A stretch of 37,818 nt of DNA from a virus (IMGVR_UViG_3300038675_000275:1-37818), one strand, 5' to 3'; shown: positions 9,801-17,984, numbered from the stretch's first letter. A program made the numbers and translations. The notes: generated by a model not told the origin, from the letters alone.

Positions 9801-11699
9801 ATGACAGTACCAAAAATTGATCCCGTCAACAATTATGCGGGGAACGGATCTACAACAACATTCGACTTCGATTTTTTAATCGAAAGTTCAAGCGAATTAT
9901 TAGTGCAGCACACTAACAATCTTGGCGTACAAACTACATTAGTTTATGACACCGATTACACTATTAATACAATAGGGAACGAAAATGGAAGTTATATAAC
10001 ATTCCCTAAAGCCGGTTCGACATATTCGACACTTGAAAGCGACGAAATTTTGTCAATAACGCCTAATCTTGACATTAAGCAAGAAAAGGAAATAAGAAAT
10101 TCAGGTAAATTAAACCTTGACGTTATGGAATGGTGTTTAGACTACATAACAAGAATATTACAAGTGCATAGCAGAAAAATTGAAAGATCTGTAAAAATTC
10201 AAGAAGGATCTTCGCAAACTTCCGACGAATTAGTAGAGGCTTTGCAACAAGCCCAAGTCAACGCTTCGGCAAGTGCAACAGCAGCGGCAACATCTGCGAG
10301 CAATTCCGCTACTTCTGCCAGTAACGCTGAACAATCTAAGGATGATATTTTAGAAGACACAGGGTTTATAGCTGTATCTTCTGATTTAACAGGGGTAAAC
10401 AACATAGGCACAGTTGCAAGTAACATAACAAACGTAAATTCAGTTGGCGTCAATATAAGCAATGTAAACGCAGTAGCCGGCAACGAAACAAATATAAACG
10501 CAGTAAATGCCAATAAGACTAATATTGATAATGTAGCTGGGAATATGTCAAACATTACCACTTGCGTTAATAATATGACCGATATTCAAAATGCTGAAGA
10601 AAACGCAGCAATAGCGGCAGAAGAAGCAGAAAGAGCAAGGGGCTTTTCAGAATTAATATTTGATACTATAAGAACGGCTTACAAAGACTTTTTAGCCGCA
10701 GGAAGCACTCACACAAAAATTAAATTGAGAAAAACAACTTTTATAAAATGCCCGTTTACTTCAGGCACAAAATATCTTTCTAACCCGACAGACATTGAAT
10801 TTGATGTGATAGCAAAACTTGATACTGGAAGTGCTTTGACAGCCGGCAAAGATTATTCAATATATTTAGTTGAAGATCCGGCAGAAACAGAAGGAATAGG
10901 AATTAAAGTGTCATTGAATGGAACTTATCCTACTGGTTATACTGCCGCAAATTCGTTTAAAATAGGTGGATTCCATACCCTTTGTGCAGCTGTTACGGCG
11001 GGTAATGCTCCTGCTTTGGTTGATACTAATATATGGGCTTCTCACCCTGCTGTTGGTTATGCTGCCGCTGATATTATACCAAACTCTGTATGGTGCTTAA
11101 CTCATAGACCTATTTCAAATCCAAACGGAATGGTTTTTGTTAATAAATTAAATTTGTGGGTTGATATATACCTTCAATCAGGTACAGGAACTTCAACTAC
11201 TTCAGCATACGGGGCAACGGTAACAGACACAAGGGCAGAAATACACCATAAATGGGATATGAACCTTGTTTATAAAAGAGCCCCAAAAAGTGATGAATTT
11301 AGCGTTTTTGCTGAAGGATCTAACCAAAAAACGGCTATTTATGGATCTGCTGCACCAAGCCCAAAAACAGCAGGAGGGCATATAGATACCTCAAGTAAGC
11401 GTATGATTTCAGGCTACTTCATAGAAGAATGCTGCGGGTTCTTATGGCAATGGCTAGATGAAATAGGCGTTAATGGTGGTAGTGTCTGGGTTACACAAGG
11501 CGACGGCGACACTAGAGGTCAACATTACGGCACTTTGCCGTATGTGCTGCTTGCGGGTGGTGATTGGGGTGGTGCCGCTTCCTGCGGTTCTCGCTGTCGT
11601 AATTCGGGCCGCGTTCGGTCGCATGTGGCTGTGGCTTTCGGCTGTCGTGGGGTGAGCCAACCGCTTTCGTTCCCTGCGTCATACGGATACGCAGGATAA
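9801..11699 (+). CDS. Tail fibre / receptor-binding protein (Mtd-like), DGR target
   Basis: N-terminal anchor (YAGNGSTTTFDFDF), 10-residue NxNxVA repeats, and C-terminal GFLWQW...LLAGGDW...GSR...GCRG CLec-type motifs that contain the VR. Confidence 0.88.
   Translation: MTVPKIDPVNNYAGNGSTTTFDFDFLIESSSELLVQHTNNLGVQTTLVYDTDYTINTIGNENGSYITFPKAGSTYSTLESDEILSITPNLDIKQEKEIRNSGKLNLDVMEWCLDYITRILQVHSRKIERSVKIQEGSSQTSDELVEALQQAQVNASASATAAATSASNSATSASNAEQSKDDILEDTGFIAVSSDLTGVNNIGTVASNITNVNSVGVNISNVNAVAGNETNINAVNANKTNIDNVAGNMSNITTCVNNMTDIQNAEENAAIAAEEAERARGFSELIFDTIRTAYKDFLAAGSTHTKIKLRKTTFIKCPFTSGTKYLSNPTDIEFDVIAKLDTGSALTAGKDYSIYLVEDPAETEGIGIKVSLNGTYPTGYTAANSFKIGGFHTLCAAVTAGNAPALVDTNIWASHPAVGYAAADIIPNSVWCLTHRPISNPNGMVFVNKLNLWVDIYLQSGTGTSTTSAYGATVTDTRAEIHHKWDMNLVYKRAPKSDEFSVFAEGSNQKTAIYGSAAPSPKTAGGHIDTSSKRMISGYFIEECCGFLWQWLDEIGVNGGSVWVTQGDGDTRGQHYGTLPYVLLAGGDWGGAASCGSRCRNSGRVRSHVAVAFGCRGVSQPLSFPASYGYAG
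11567..11655 (+). repeat. DGR variable repeat (VR), ending in the G/C-rich element GGCTGTCGTGGGGTGA before IMH
   Basis: Aligns without gaps to 11694-11782 (offset 127) with 18 mismatches in 89 nt, 14 of them opposite TR adenines. Confidence 0.95.
11673..11695 (+). promoter_or_regulatory. Post-IMH DNA hairpin/cruciform (putative DGR target-recognition element)
   Basis: Inverted repeat CCTGCGT (11673-11679) / ACGCAGG (11689-11695), starting 17 nt after the VR/TR homology ends. Confidence 0.7.
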
Positions 11700-11782
11700 T
11701 GCCGCTTCCTGCGGTTCTCGCTCTCGTAATTCGAACAACGTTCGGTCGACTGCGAATGCGAATAACGGCTGTCGTGGGGTGA
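11694..11782 (+). repeat. DGR template repeat (TR)
   Basis: AAC/AAT-rich copy of VR (AAT TCG AAC AAC ... AAT GCG AAT AAC). It diverges from VR after GGGGTGA (IMH versus IMH*). Confidence 0.93.
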
Positions 11783-11911
11783 TACGGAGTGGGCTTAAAA
11801 TCCCGACTTTGGCTGAATTTATAACCTTGTCCTTATGGGCAAAACACCAAACAAACCTAAAGAGCCTCTGTTAGTAGGGGCAACTTCGAAAATGGAGGCT
11901 TTTTAATTTTT
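11783..11911 (+). ncRNA. Structured TR-RT spacer (3' part of the DGR RNA)
   Basis: Hairpin TTGTCC-TTAT-GGGCAA (11827-11842), plus a long stem 11859-11870/11893-11904 enclosing TTAGTAG...CGAAA. Position matches the spacer needed for cDNA priming in BPP-1. Confidence 0.6.
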
Positions 11912-12925
11912 ATGGTAAAAAGACACGGCAAGTTGTGGGAAAAAATCACAACCATTGACAATATAGAACTTGCATTTAATAAGGCTAAAAAAGGCAAATC
12001 AACTTATCAAGCAATACTAGATTTTGAGGCACAAAAAGAAAGAAATTTAAAAAAGATCCAGCGGTCTTTGATAAATAAAACATTCAAAACGGCACAATAT
12101 AGGGCTAAGACAATATACGAGCCAAAAGAGCGTGTTATATACTCATTGCCGTTTTATCCTGACAGAATAGTACATCACGCATTAATGAACGTCTTAGAAC
12201 CAATATTTGTAGGATTTTTTATAAAAGACAGTTACGCTTGCATAAAGAATCGTGGAATACATATAGCGTCAAAGAAGACTACTCAATACGTGAGAAATAA
12301 TAAATATTGCTTAAAGTGCGACATAAGAAAGTTTTACCCCTCAATTAATCACAATGTTTTAATCAAGATAATTGAACGTAAAATCAAGTGTAAAGATACT
12401 CTTTGGCTTATAAAAAGCATAATAAATTCTTTTGAAGGCGAAACAAACGCCCCTATTGGCAATTTAACTTCACAGTGGTTCGGGAATTTGTATATGAACG
12501 AGTTAGACACCTTCGTAAAACAAAAACTAAGAATAAAAAATTATATTAGATATTGTGATGATTTTTGCTTATATAGCAACGATAAATCGGAACTAAACAA
12601 CGCTAAAAAAGAAATAGAAAATTTTTTAAAAAATGAACTAAAACTAAAATTAAGCAAATGTGATTTATTCCAAACTTCAAGAGGGGTGGACTTTTTAGGA
12701 TATAGGCATTTTAAAAACTACATTTTATTGAGAAAAAGTACAGCAAAAAGAGTAAGAAGAAGGCTGCCTAAAGTCCTTCAGAAGTATAAAGAAGGCAAAA
12801 TAACAAAAGATATTTTTCGTTCAATTATCGAATCTACTATGGGGTGGATAACTTGGGCAAATACGAGAAATTTTCAGTTGAAGACACACATTTTGGAGTT
12901 AAAGGAGTTGGCGTATGCTGAATAA
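11912..12925 (+). CDS. DGR reverse transcriptase
   Basis: 337 aa with IYEPKER, PFYPDRIVHHA, LKCDIRKFYPSI, PIGNLTSQ (DGR-type SQ), RYCDD and GVDFLGY motifs. The ORF is intact. Confidence 0.97.
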   Translation: MVKRHGKLWEKITTIDNIELAFNKAKKGKSTYQAILDFEAQKERNLKKIQRSLINKTFKTAQYRAKTIYEPKERVIYSLPFYPDRIVHHALMNVLEPIFVGFFIKDSYACIKNRGIHIASKKTTQYVRNNKYCLKCDIRKFYPSINHNVLIKIIERKIKCKDTLWLIKSIINSFEGETNAPIGNLTSQWFGNLYMNELDTFVKQKLRIKNYIRYCDDFCLYSNDKSELNNAKKEIENFLKNELKLKLSKCDLFQTSRGVDFLGYRHFKNYILLRKSTAKRVRRRLPKVLQKYKEGKITKDIFRSIIESTMGWITWANTRNFQLKTHILELKELAYAE

Positions 12926-13238
12926 CATTTTTAGTAAAAAAGAAGAAGTAAACGAGTTTTCGGACTTTAAAGACAAGACATTTCCACTAGACGGTGAAAA
13001 AATTTCTATAAATGAAGTCCTTAATAAGCGGCTTAAGTACAAAGACTTTCGAGTAGGAAAGTCAAAATATGAGGACAAAGGCGACGTCTGTTTGACAGTC
13101 CAAGTAGAATATAACGGCGAAAACAGGGTATTTTTTACTGGTTCAAGTGTATTAACAAACATATTTCAAAAATACGAAGACAGGCTGCCTTTTATGGCTA
13201 CGCTTAAATCAGTTGGTAAAAGTTACACATTTTTATAA
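12915..13238 (+). CDS. Candidate non-Avd DGR accessory protein (beta-rich, FTGS motif)
   Basis: AAGGAG RBS and an 11-nt overlap with the RT end. Alternating beta-strand patterns (CLTVQVEY, RVFFTGS) are unlike the helical Avd. Confidence 0.6.
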   Translation: MLNNIFSKKEEVNEFSDFKDKTFPLDGEKISINEVLNKRLKYKDFRVGKSKYEDKGDVCLTVQVEYNGENRVFFTGSSVLTNIFQKYEDRLPFMATLKSVGKSYTFL

Positions 13239-13253
13239 GAGGAGTAAAAAATT

Positions 13254-13520
13254 ATGATTTTGAACACAAAGCAAGACTACCTTAACTACTTAGAAGTAGA
13301 AGAAATTGAAGGCAAAAAAAAATTACAAGAATTACTGGACAATCGCTTTACTTGGGTTGATATAGCGGTTATTTCAGATGAAGGAACAACAGACGAAACG
13401 CACAGAGTTATAGACAATAGCGGCGACAAAGTACAGCAAGTTTTGACAGAAGATCCAAATTCAAGACTTTATATGCTTGGCTTCAGCGTCGACGAAGTGG
13501 AGGGCTTAATAAATGCTTAA
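13254..13520 (+). CDS. Hypothetical protein, possibly tail-fibre associated
   Basis: GAGGAG RBS, 88 aa, acidic, located after the DGR cassette. Confidence 0.55.
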   Translation: MILNTKQDYLNYLEVEEIEGKKKLQELLDNRFTWVDIAVISDEGTTDETHRVIDNSGDKVQQVLTEDPNSRLYMLGFSVDEVEGLINA

Positions 13521-13992
13521 ATTGAGATATGACGAAACAACAGGCAGAATCGGCAAGGCTTATCAAGAAGAAATAGAAGTGCCGCAGCCTTATTTATTAA
13601 TCAGCGAAGAACAAAACAACGCAATAAGCGAAGATCGGGAAAATATCTACTTTGTGAAAAACGGAAACATTGTGCCTAAAAATAAAATGGAAATCGAGCA
13701 AAAAGAATACTGGGAAACAAATTTTTTCAACACTTCTCTTGGCTGGGTTCGCAGAGAGCCTACATTGGCAAATGGAACAAAAGACAATTTCTTGAATAAT
13801 AATTTGCCTCTATTCGCTTTTGCTTTGGCTTCAGGTCAAGCAGCAGTGCTGCCGATTGCATATCAATTACCTGATTTTACAAAAGAATTAAGCGAGGATT
13901 ATTTGAAAGGGCTTCAACTTAGAAATCAGCCTATAACGCCTCAATTTATTAGTGATTGTATGCTTGTTAAAATGGCAGATTTTACAGGCTAA
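13513..13992 (+). CDS. Hypothetical protein, possible tail fibre assembly chaperone
   Basis: 159 aa overlapping the previous gene. N-terminal YDETTGRIG...EVP.PYLLISEE pattern resembles fibre assembly proteins. Confidence 0.45.
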   Translation: MLKLRYDETTGRIGKAYQEEIEVPQPYLLISEEQNNAISEDRENIYFVKNGNIVPKNKMEIEQKEYWETNFFNTSLGWVRREPTLANGTKDNFLNNNLPLFAFALASGQAAVLPIAYQLPDFTKELSEDYLKGLQLRNQPITPQFISDCMLVKMADFTG

Positions 13993-14058
13993 AAGAATAA
14001 GGGCGGGGTGGTTGGGTATTTCGGGCAGGGCATTTTTTAAATGCAAGAAGGAGGCTTT

Positions 14059-14196
14059 ATGAAGCTATTTAAAAGAACACAAAAAATCATTATTAAACTT
14101 GATGATTTTAGAGAAGAAAAACTTGAAACATTTATCGCTAATAGATTTAAGCAATATGACGAGTTAGAAAACGCAGACGAAATCAGGACACAATGA
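14059..14196 (+). CDS. Small hypothetical protein (45 aa; not in the ORF track)
   Basis: GGAGG RBS before ATG. MKLFKRTQKIIIKLDDF...EIRTQ, with an ATGA overlap into the next ORF. Confidence 0.55.
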   Translation: MKLFKRTQKIIIKLDDFREEKLETFIANRFKQYDELENADEIRTQ

Positions 14197-14324
14197 ACAA
14201 GTTTCTAATTAGTGTTGCGATAATCACTTTTTTATCGGTCTTTCATAATGACAGATATTCTTTTGTTGTTTATCCTTCGAGCATACACGGCGGTATTCAG
14301 TTTAAGTTTATATGGAGGTTTTGA
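14193..14324 (+). CDS. Small membrane/secreted peptide (43 aa; not in the ORF track)
   Basis: MNKFLISVAIITFLSVFHNDRYSFVVYPSSIHGGIQFKFIWRF. ATGA-coupled to the upstream ORF and stops just before the next ATG at 14326. Confidence 0.55.
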   Translation: MNKFLISVAIITFLSVFHNDRYSFVVYPSSIHGGIQFKFIWRF

Positions 14325-14325
14325 A

Positions 14326-14841
14326 ATGGGGCTACAAGTTGCACCAAACATAAAAAATTATATTACCTGGTTTTCTGATGAGCGCCTAAAAATTGAGTTC
14401 AACAAAAAACCGCATTGGGACACGTTGCAATACCCTCCAAAAGCAACAAAAGAAGAGATTAAAGACATTGACGAAAAACCCTATATAAATCTGGCAGACT
14501 TGTGGGTAAAAATAACTTATAAAGGCATTGTGAGTTATTTCTTTATTCCTAAAGGCTATCGCTGGAACGGGGCAAATATTCCTCGTGGCTGCTGGTATTT
14601 AATCGGCAATCCTGACGATCCAAAATTCAGGCTTGCAAGTATGCTGCACGATTGGCTATGTGAAAACCACAACGACGCAAGAAATGACCGTTATTTATCA
14701 ACGCTTATACTTTGCTCATTGTGTAAGGTTTCAGGGGTTCAGGAGTGGCGAATATCGTTAATGTTTCACGCAGTAGATAATTACCAAAAAGTTTTTGGTA
14801 GAGATTTGAAAGGGGATAAGTGGTGGAAATTATGTCAATAG
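14326..14841 (+). CDS. DUF1353-like protein
   Basis: IPKGYRWNGANIP...W...GNP...ASMLHDWLC motif. Start moved from 14248 to the ATG at 14326, which has a GGAGG RBS. Confidence 0.7.
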   Translation: MGLQVAPNIKNYITWFSDERLKIEFNKKPHWDTLQYPPKATKEEIKDIDEKPYINLADLWVKITYKGIVSYFFIPKGYRWNGANIPRGCWYLIGNPDDPKFRLASMLHDWLCENHNDARNDRYLSTLILCSLCKVSGVQEWRISLMFHAVDNYQKVFGRDLKGDKWWKLCQ

Positions 14842-15095
14842 TAGCAGCAATTATAGCAATTATAGTGTCGGTTATAGGTTTAATAGTTCAAATAGTCGCA
14901 GTAGGCATTTATATTGGGAAGTTAGAAGGCTTTAAAGTCCTTGTTGACTTTAGGTTTCAAACACTTGAAAAAAAGCAGGACAAGCACAACAGCTTGATAG
15001 AAAGGACTTACCAATTAGAAAAGGTGGCAGAAGTCCACGACGAACAAATAAAGGTCGCAAATCATAGAATTGAAGATCTTGAAAAGGAGGATTAA
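14820..15095 (+). CDS. Putative holin-like membrane protein
   Basis: N-terminal TM helix plus coiled coil (LEKKQDKHNSLIER...NHRIEDLE), immediately upstream of the endolysin. Confidence 0.6.
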   Translation: MVEIMSIVAAIIAIIVSVIGLIVQIVAVGIYIGKLEGFKVLVDFRFQTLEKKQDKHNSLIERTYQLEKVAEVHDEQIKVANHRIEDLEKED

Positions 15096-15097
15096 AT

Positions 15098-15508
15098 ATG
15101 TTGAATTTTAAAATTAGTGAGTTAATACACTCCGACACGGCAATAAGCCATAACATTAATAATATGCCTGATATAAATTCGTTAGATTGTTTGGTAGATC
15201 TTATATTTTACGTCTTGCAGCCTTTAAGAGAAAAAGTGGGCAAAGCAATTAATATAACAAGCGGCTTCAGAAATTCACAAGTTAATAAACTTGTTGGCGG
15301 TGCGGTTGATGAAAAAGGGCAGCCAAAATCGCAACACTGCAAAGGTCAAGCAGCAGACTTCACAATCAAGGGAATGTCAGTACAAGCGGCAATAGAATTT
15401 ATTAAAAAATCGGGCATAGAATACGATCAGCTTATAAACGAATATGACAAGTGGGTTCATATATCTTTTGTTAAAGGTAAAAACCGTAAACAATATTTCA
15501 AATTATAA
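15098..15508 (+). CDS. Endolysin, peptidase M15A family
   Basis: ITSGFR, SQHCKGQAADF and WVHISF motifs. No cell-wall-binding domain. Confidence 0.9.
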   Translation: MLNFKISELIHSDTAISHNINNMPDINSLDCLVDLIFYVLQPLREKVGKAINITSGFRNSQVNKLVGGAVDEKGQPKSQHCKGQAADFTIKGMSVQAAIEFIKKSGIEYDQLINEYDKWVHISFVKGKNRKQYFKL

Positions 15509-15541
15509 TCTCTCTCTAATTCCTCTCTATGTACGCAACCG

Positions 15542-15570
15542 GCACTCGCTCAAAAGGCGGGTGCTTTTTT
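15542..15570 (+). terminator. Rho-independent terminator of the late operon
   Basis: GCACTCGC/GCGGGTGC stem followed by T6, between the convergent endolysin and integrase genes. Confidence 0.8.
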
Positions 15571-15617
15571 ATGCTGCAAGCTGAAGATTTACCAACAAAT
15601 CTGAAGTGAATTTGTCT

Positions 15618-16640
15618 TTAAGCTGCTTTTAAATCTTCTTCAACGTGTTCAGGAATCGCATTGGCTATTTTTTCTATTAATTCTGCTAATACTTTGTCTA
15701 TTTCTTCTTGTCTTATGTAATCTTTTTTGCAAGATCCACCACGCTTGCCGGTGCAGTGGTAATAAATATATTTACCCTTCTTAAGTTCTGCCGTTAATTG
15801 GCAGCCGCAATGACCGCACTTTAAAAGCCCGATATAATCAAACTGTACGTCGTGTGTACGTGTTCTGCTTGCATTAAACATCTTTTGTACTTTATTATAC
15901 AAATCTACGCTTATAATAGGCTCGTGTTTGCCTTCGTAAACAATACCTTTATATAAAAATTTGCCGATATAAAAAGGATCGTGCAGTATTTCTACAAGGC
16001 GTGATTTTGCATAAGGCTTATTATTGTTATAAAGCCCTTCTTCGAATAAAATTTTTCTGACTTGTGCTGCTGATAAACCGGTAGAATAAAGTTCGAAAAG
16101 TCTTTGTATAAAAGGCTTCTTTTCTTCATCTACTATTATTTCTGCTCGCCCGCCTACTCTTATATTCTTATAACCCACTGGTGCTTTTTGAGGGTAGCCG
16201 CCTTGCTTTACTTTTTCTGCAAGACCTTTTCTTATTTCTTCAGAAAGATTATCAATATAATTTTTTGCCATAAGCACTTTAAAGCCGTGAATAAGTTTAT
16301 CGTGGCTTTTTGAATTTTTGCTAAGTATAGTGCCTTCTTTGGCTAAATGTATTTCAAGGTCGTAATCTTCAAGCAATACATAATCTTTGAAGTTTCTGTA
16401 AAGCCTGTCTGTCTTTTCAACTAAAACAGTATTTATGCTATTTTCTTTAAGAAAAGAAAGCATTTCATTAAATGCTTTCCTTCCAGCTTTTTTAGCGGTT
16501 TCGCTTTCTTGAAAAACTTTTACAACGTTAAATAATTTTTTGTTTGCGTATTCCTGTAAGAACTCAATTTGTGCAGGTATTGAAAACCCTTTTTCTTGCT
16601 CCTTAGAGAAAACACGGGCATAAATAACAACTTGCTTCAT
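15618..16640 (-). pseudogene. Large serine recombinase (integrase), probably inactivated and truncated
   Basis: Resolvase domain (YARVFSKEQ, DRLYRN), recombinase domain and Zn ribbon (CGHCG...YYHC...C). The catalytic Ser position is Phe, and the ORF ends at 340 aa. Confidence 0.75.
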
Positions 16641-16677
16641 AAAATATATCCTATCATAAAATTGAATGAATGAATAA

Positions 16678-16809
16678 CTATTGTGCAAACTCTATAAGAT
16701 TTATAAACTTTGCAAGATCCGACACAAGTTCTTCTTTGCTCACCTCTTTGCGTTCTTTGGGAGGCAGCAATATTAATTTAAGTTCTTTTCGTTCTTGTCT
16801 ATTCTTCAT
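16678..16809 (-). CDS. Small protein upstream of the integrase (43 aa; candidate recombination directionality factor)
   Basis: GAGG RBS and ATGA overlap with the upstream gene. MKNRQERKELKLILLPPKERKEVSKEELVSDLAKFINLIEFAQ. Function is inferred from position only. Confidence 0.45.
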   Translation of the reverse strand: MKNRQERKELKLILLPPKERKEVSKEELVSDLAKFINLIEFAQ

Positions 16810-17051
16810 TTTTCCTCTATTTCAAACAATATTGTTATTATCTGCTTTCTCAATTTGTCATAAACTATTCTGTATTTTTTGCCGTTGTATTCAGTTCTAA
16901 AAACGGTACGGCGGTTGCTCTGACGCTCTACAAACTCCAATTCTGCATTTTGGATTTTTCTTACTAATTCCTGTTCGTCGAGCAACACTCCGACACGTTC
17001 AAGAGAGCGTTTGAAAAAATGTTTTTTTACTGACTTTTTCTTGCTCCCCAT
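16806..17051 (-). CDS. Hypothetical basic protein
   Basis: 81 aa in the early operon, with an HF..R..ER...YRIVYD...IITI pattern. Confidence 0.55.
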   Translation of the reverse strand: MGSKKKSVKKHFFKRSLERVGVLLDEQELVRKIQNAELEFVERQSNRRTVFRTEYNGKKYRIVYDKLRKQIITILFEIEEK

Positions 17052-17054
17052 AAT

Positions 17055-17603
17055 TTACACCTCAAAGTTAAATTCAAAGAATTTACGGCTTGCTAAGTAG
17101 TCGCAAAGATGTACAAAAGATTGAATCTTACTTGTAGGCTTCGGCATTATTTCTTCTTTCGACTTATAGCCGGTATTCCACTGCCCCATATGAGTTAATA
17201 CAAGATCAGACAAAACATAAGCCAATTCGCTTCCTTCAAGTTCATTCATAATGAAATTTGACATTAAAATTGGGTGATCTGCTCTTACATAAGGTTCGTG
17301 GGTTTCGCCGTGTTTTAAGCCGTCGTGAAGCAATAAAGCAGCTATTATGTGGTCTTTTTCCTCTGACAGCCCTTTGAACATTTCAAGATTAAGAAGGTCA
17401 TTTGCTATCCTTACGGCAGCTTGTGTGTGCCTTATTAAGCCTCCCTCGCCTTGTGCATAGTTCGGATGATGTTTGCCGGTACTTGAAGCCCCGACACTAA
17501 AAAAATAATCGGGTAATTTCCCGATTAATTCTTTGACTTTTTCTTTTACTTCTTCACTTTTTATAAAAGTTAATTCCTTTTTAAATATTTCTAATCTGTC
17601 CAT
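17055..17603 (-). CDS. HD-domain phosphohydrolase
   Basis: H...LLHDGLK...HP...THMGQW...HLCDY metal-binding pattern. Confidence 0.85.
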   Translation of the reverse strand: MDRLEIFKKELTFIKSEEVKEKVKELIGKLPDYFFSVGASSTGKHHPNYAQGEGGLIRHTQAAVRIANDLLNLEMFKGLSEEKDHIIAALLLHDGLKHGETHEPYVRADHPILMSNFIMNELEGSELAYVLSDLVLTHMGQWNTGYKSKEEIMPKPTSKIQSFVHLCDYLASRKFFEFNFEV

Positions 17604-17692
17604 TATTTAAGCCTCTTTCTTTTACATAAATCATTTTGTGTACTTCTGCTTCTGCAACTACTTTTAAAACTAAAACTTAAATCTATCTGTCA

Positions 17693-17971
17693 TTATGCCA
17701 CCTCAACTTTTGCATTTTTCGCTTGATCTAAAAATTGCTTGTGATTTGCAGATTCAAACCATTTATCTTCCTCGTAATAAACCGCTTTTTCTTCCCATTC
17801 CTTATAGCATTTTTCACAATAAAAGCGACTTAAAACAGGAATATAATAGCCTTCAAGTGTTCCACTATTGCAGCTATCGCAAATACCCAAAGAGCCTTTG
17901 ATAACTTCCATAAGTTCAACTGTCTTGATTTTTATTACCTTAAATCCCTTTTTATTTTTAAAATCTTTCAT
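17693..17971 (-). CDS. Zn-finger hypothetical protein
   Basis: CDSC...CEKC. Start at the ATG at 17971, which has a GGAGG RBS. Confidence 0.6.
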   Translation of the reverse strand: MKDFKNKKGFKVIKIKTVELMEVIKGSLGICDSCNSGTLEGYYIPVLSRFYCEKCYKEWEEKAVYYEEDKWFESANHKQFLDQAKNAKVEVA

Positions 17972-17984
17972 CAATCCTCCTTTT

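Larger units (their letters stand above)
9801..13238 (+). mobile_element. Diversity-generating retroelement cassette (target-VR, TR, RT, candidate accessory gene)
   Basis: A VR/TR pair with adenine-biased mismatches lies next to a DGR-type RT. Confidence 0.95.

Noticed and set aside
11454-11660. Short ORFs 11454-11660 (-) and 11473-11655 (+) over the VR
   Set aside because: By-products of the GC-rich, A-poor VR sequence inside the target gene.
11912-12925. RT as a group II intron, retron or Abi RT
   Set aside because: Short length, the GNLTSQ motif and the adjacent A-biased VR/TR pair identify a DGR RT.
14248-14325. N-terminal extension of the DUF1353-like ORF
   Set aside because: The ATG at 14326 has a GGAGG RBS, and the extension overlaps a better-coupled 43-aa ORF.
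15581-15607. attP candidate (AGATTT-ACCAAC-AAATCT)
   Set aside because: Only a 6-bp inverted repeat, and it cannot be supported without attB/attL/attR sequences.
15626-15634. T-TTA-AAA slippery site as a programmed -1 frameshift extending the integrase
   Set aside because: The -1 frame stops after about 14 codons, and the plausible tail is in the +1 frame. Neither restores the missing domain.
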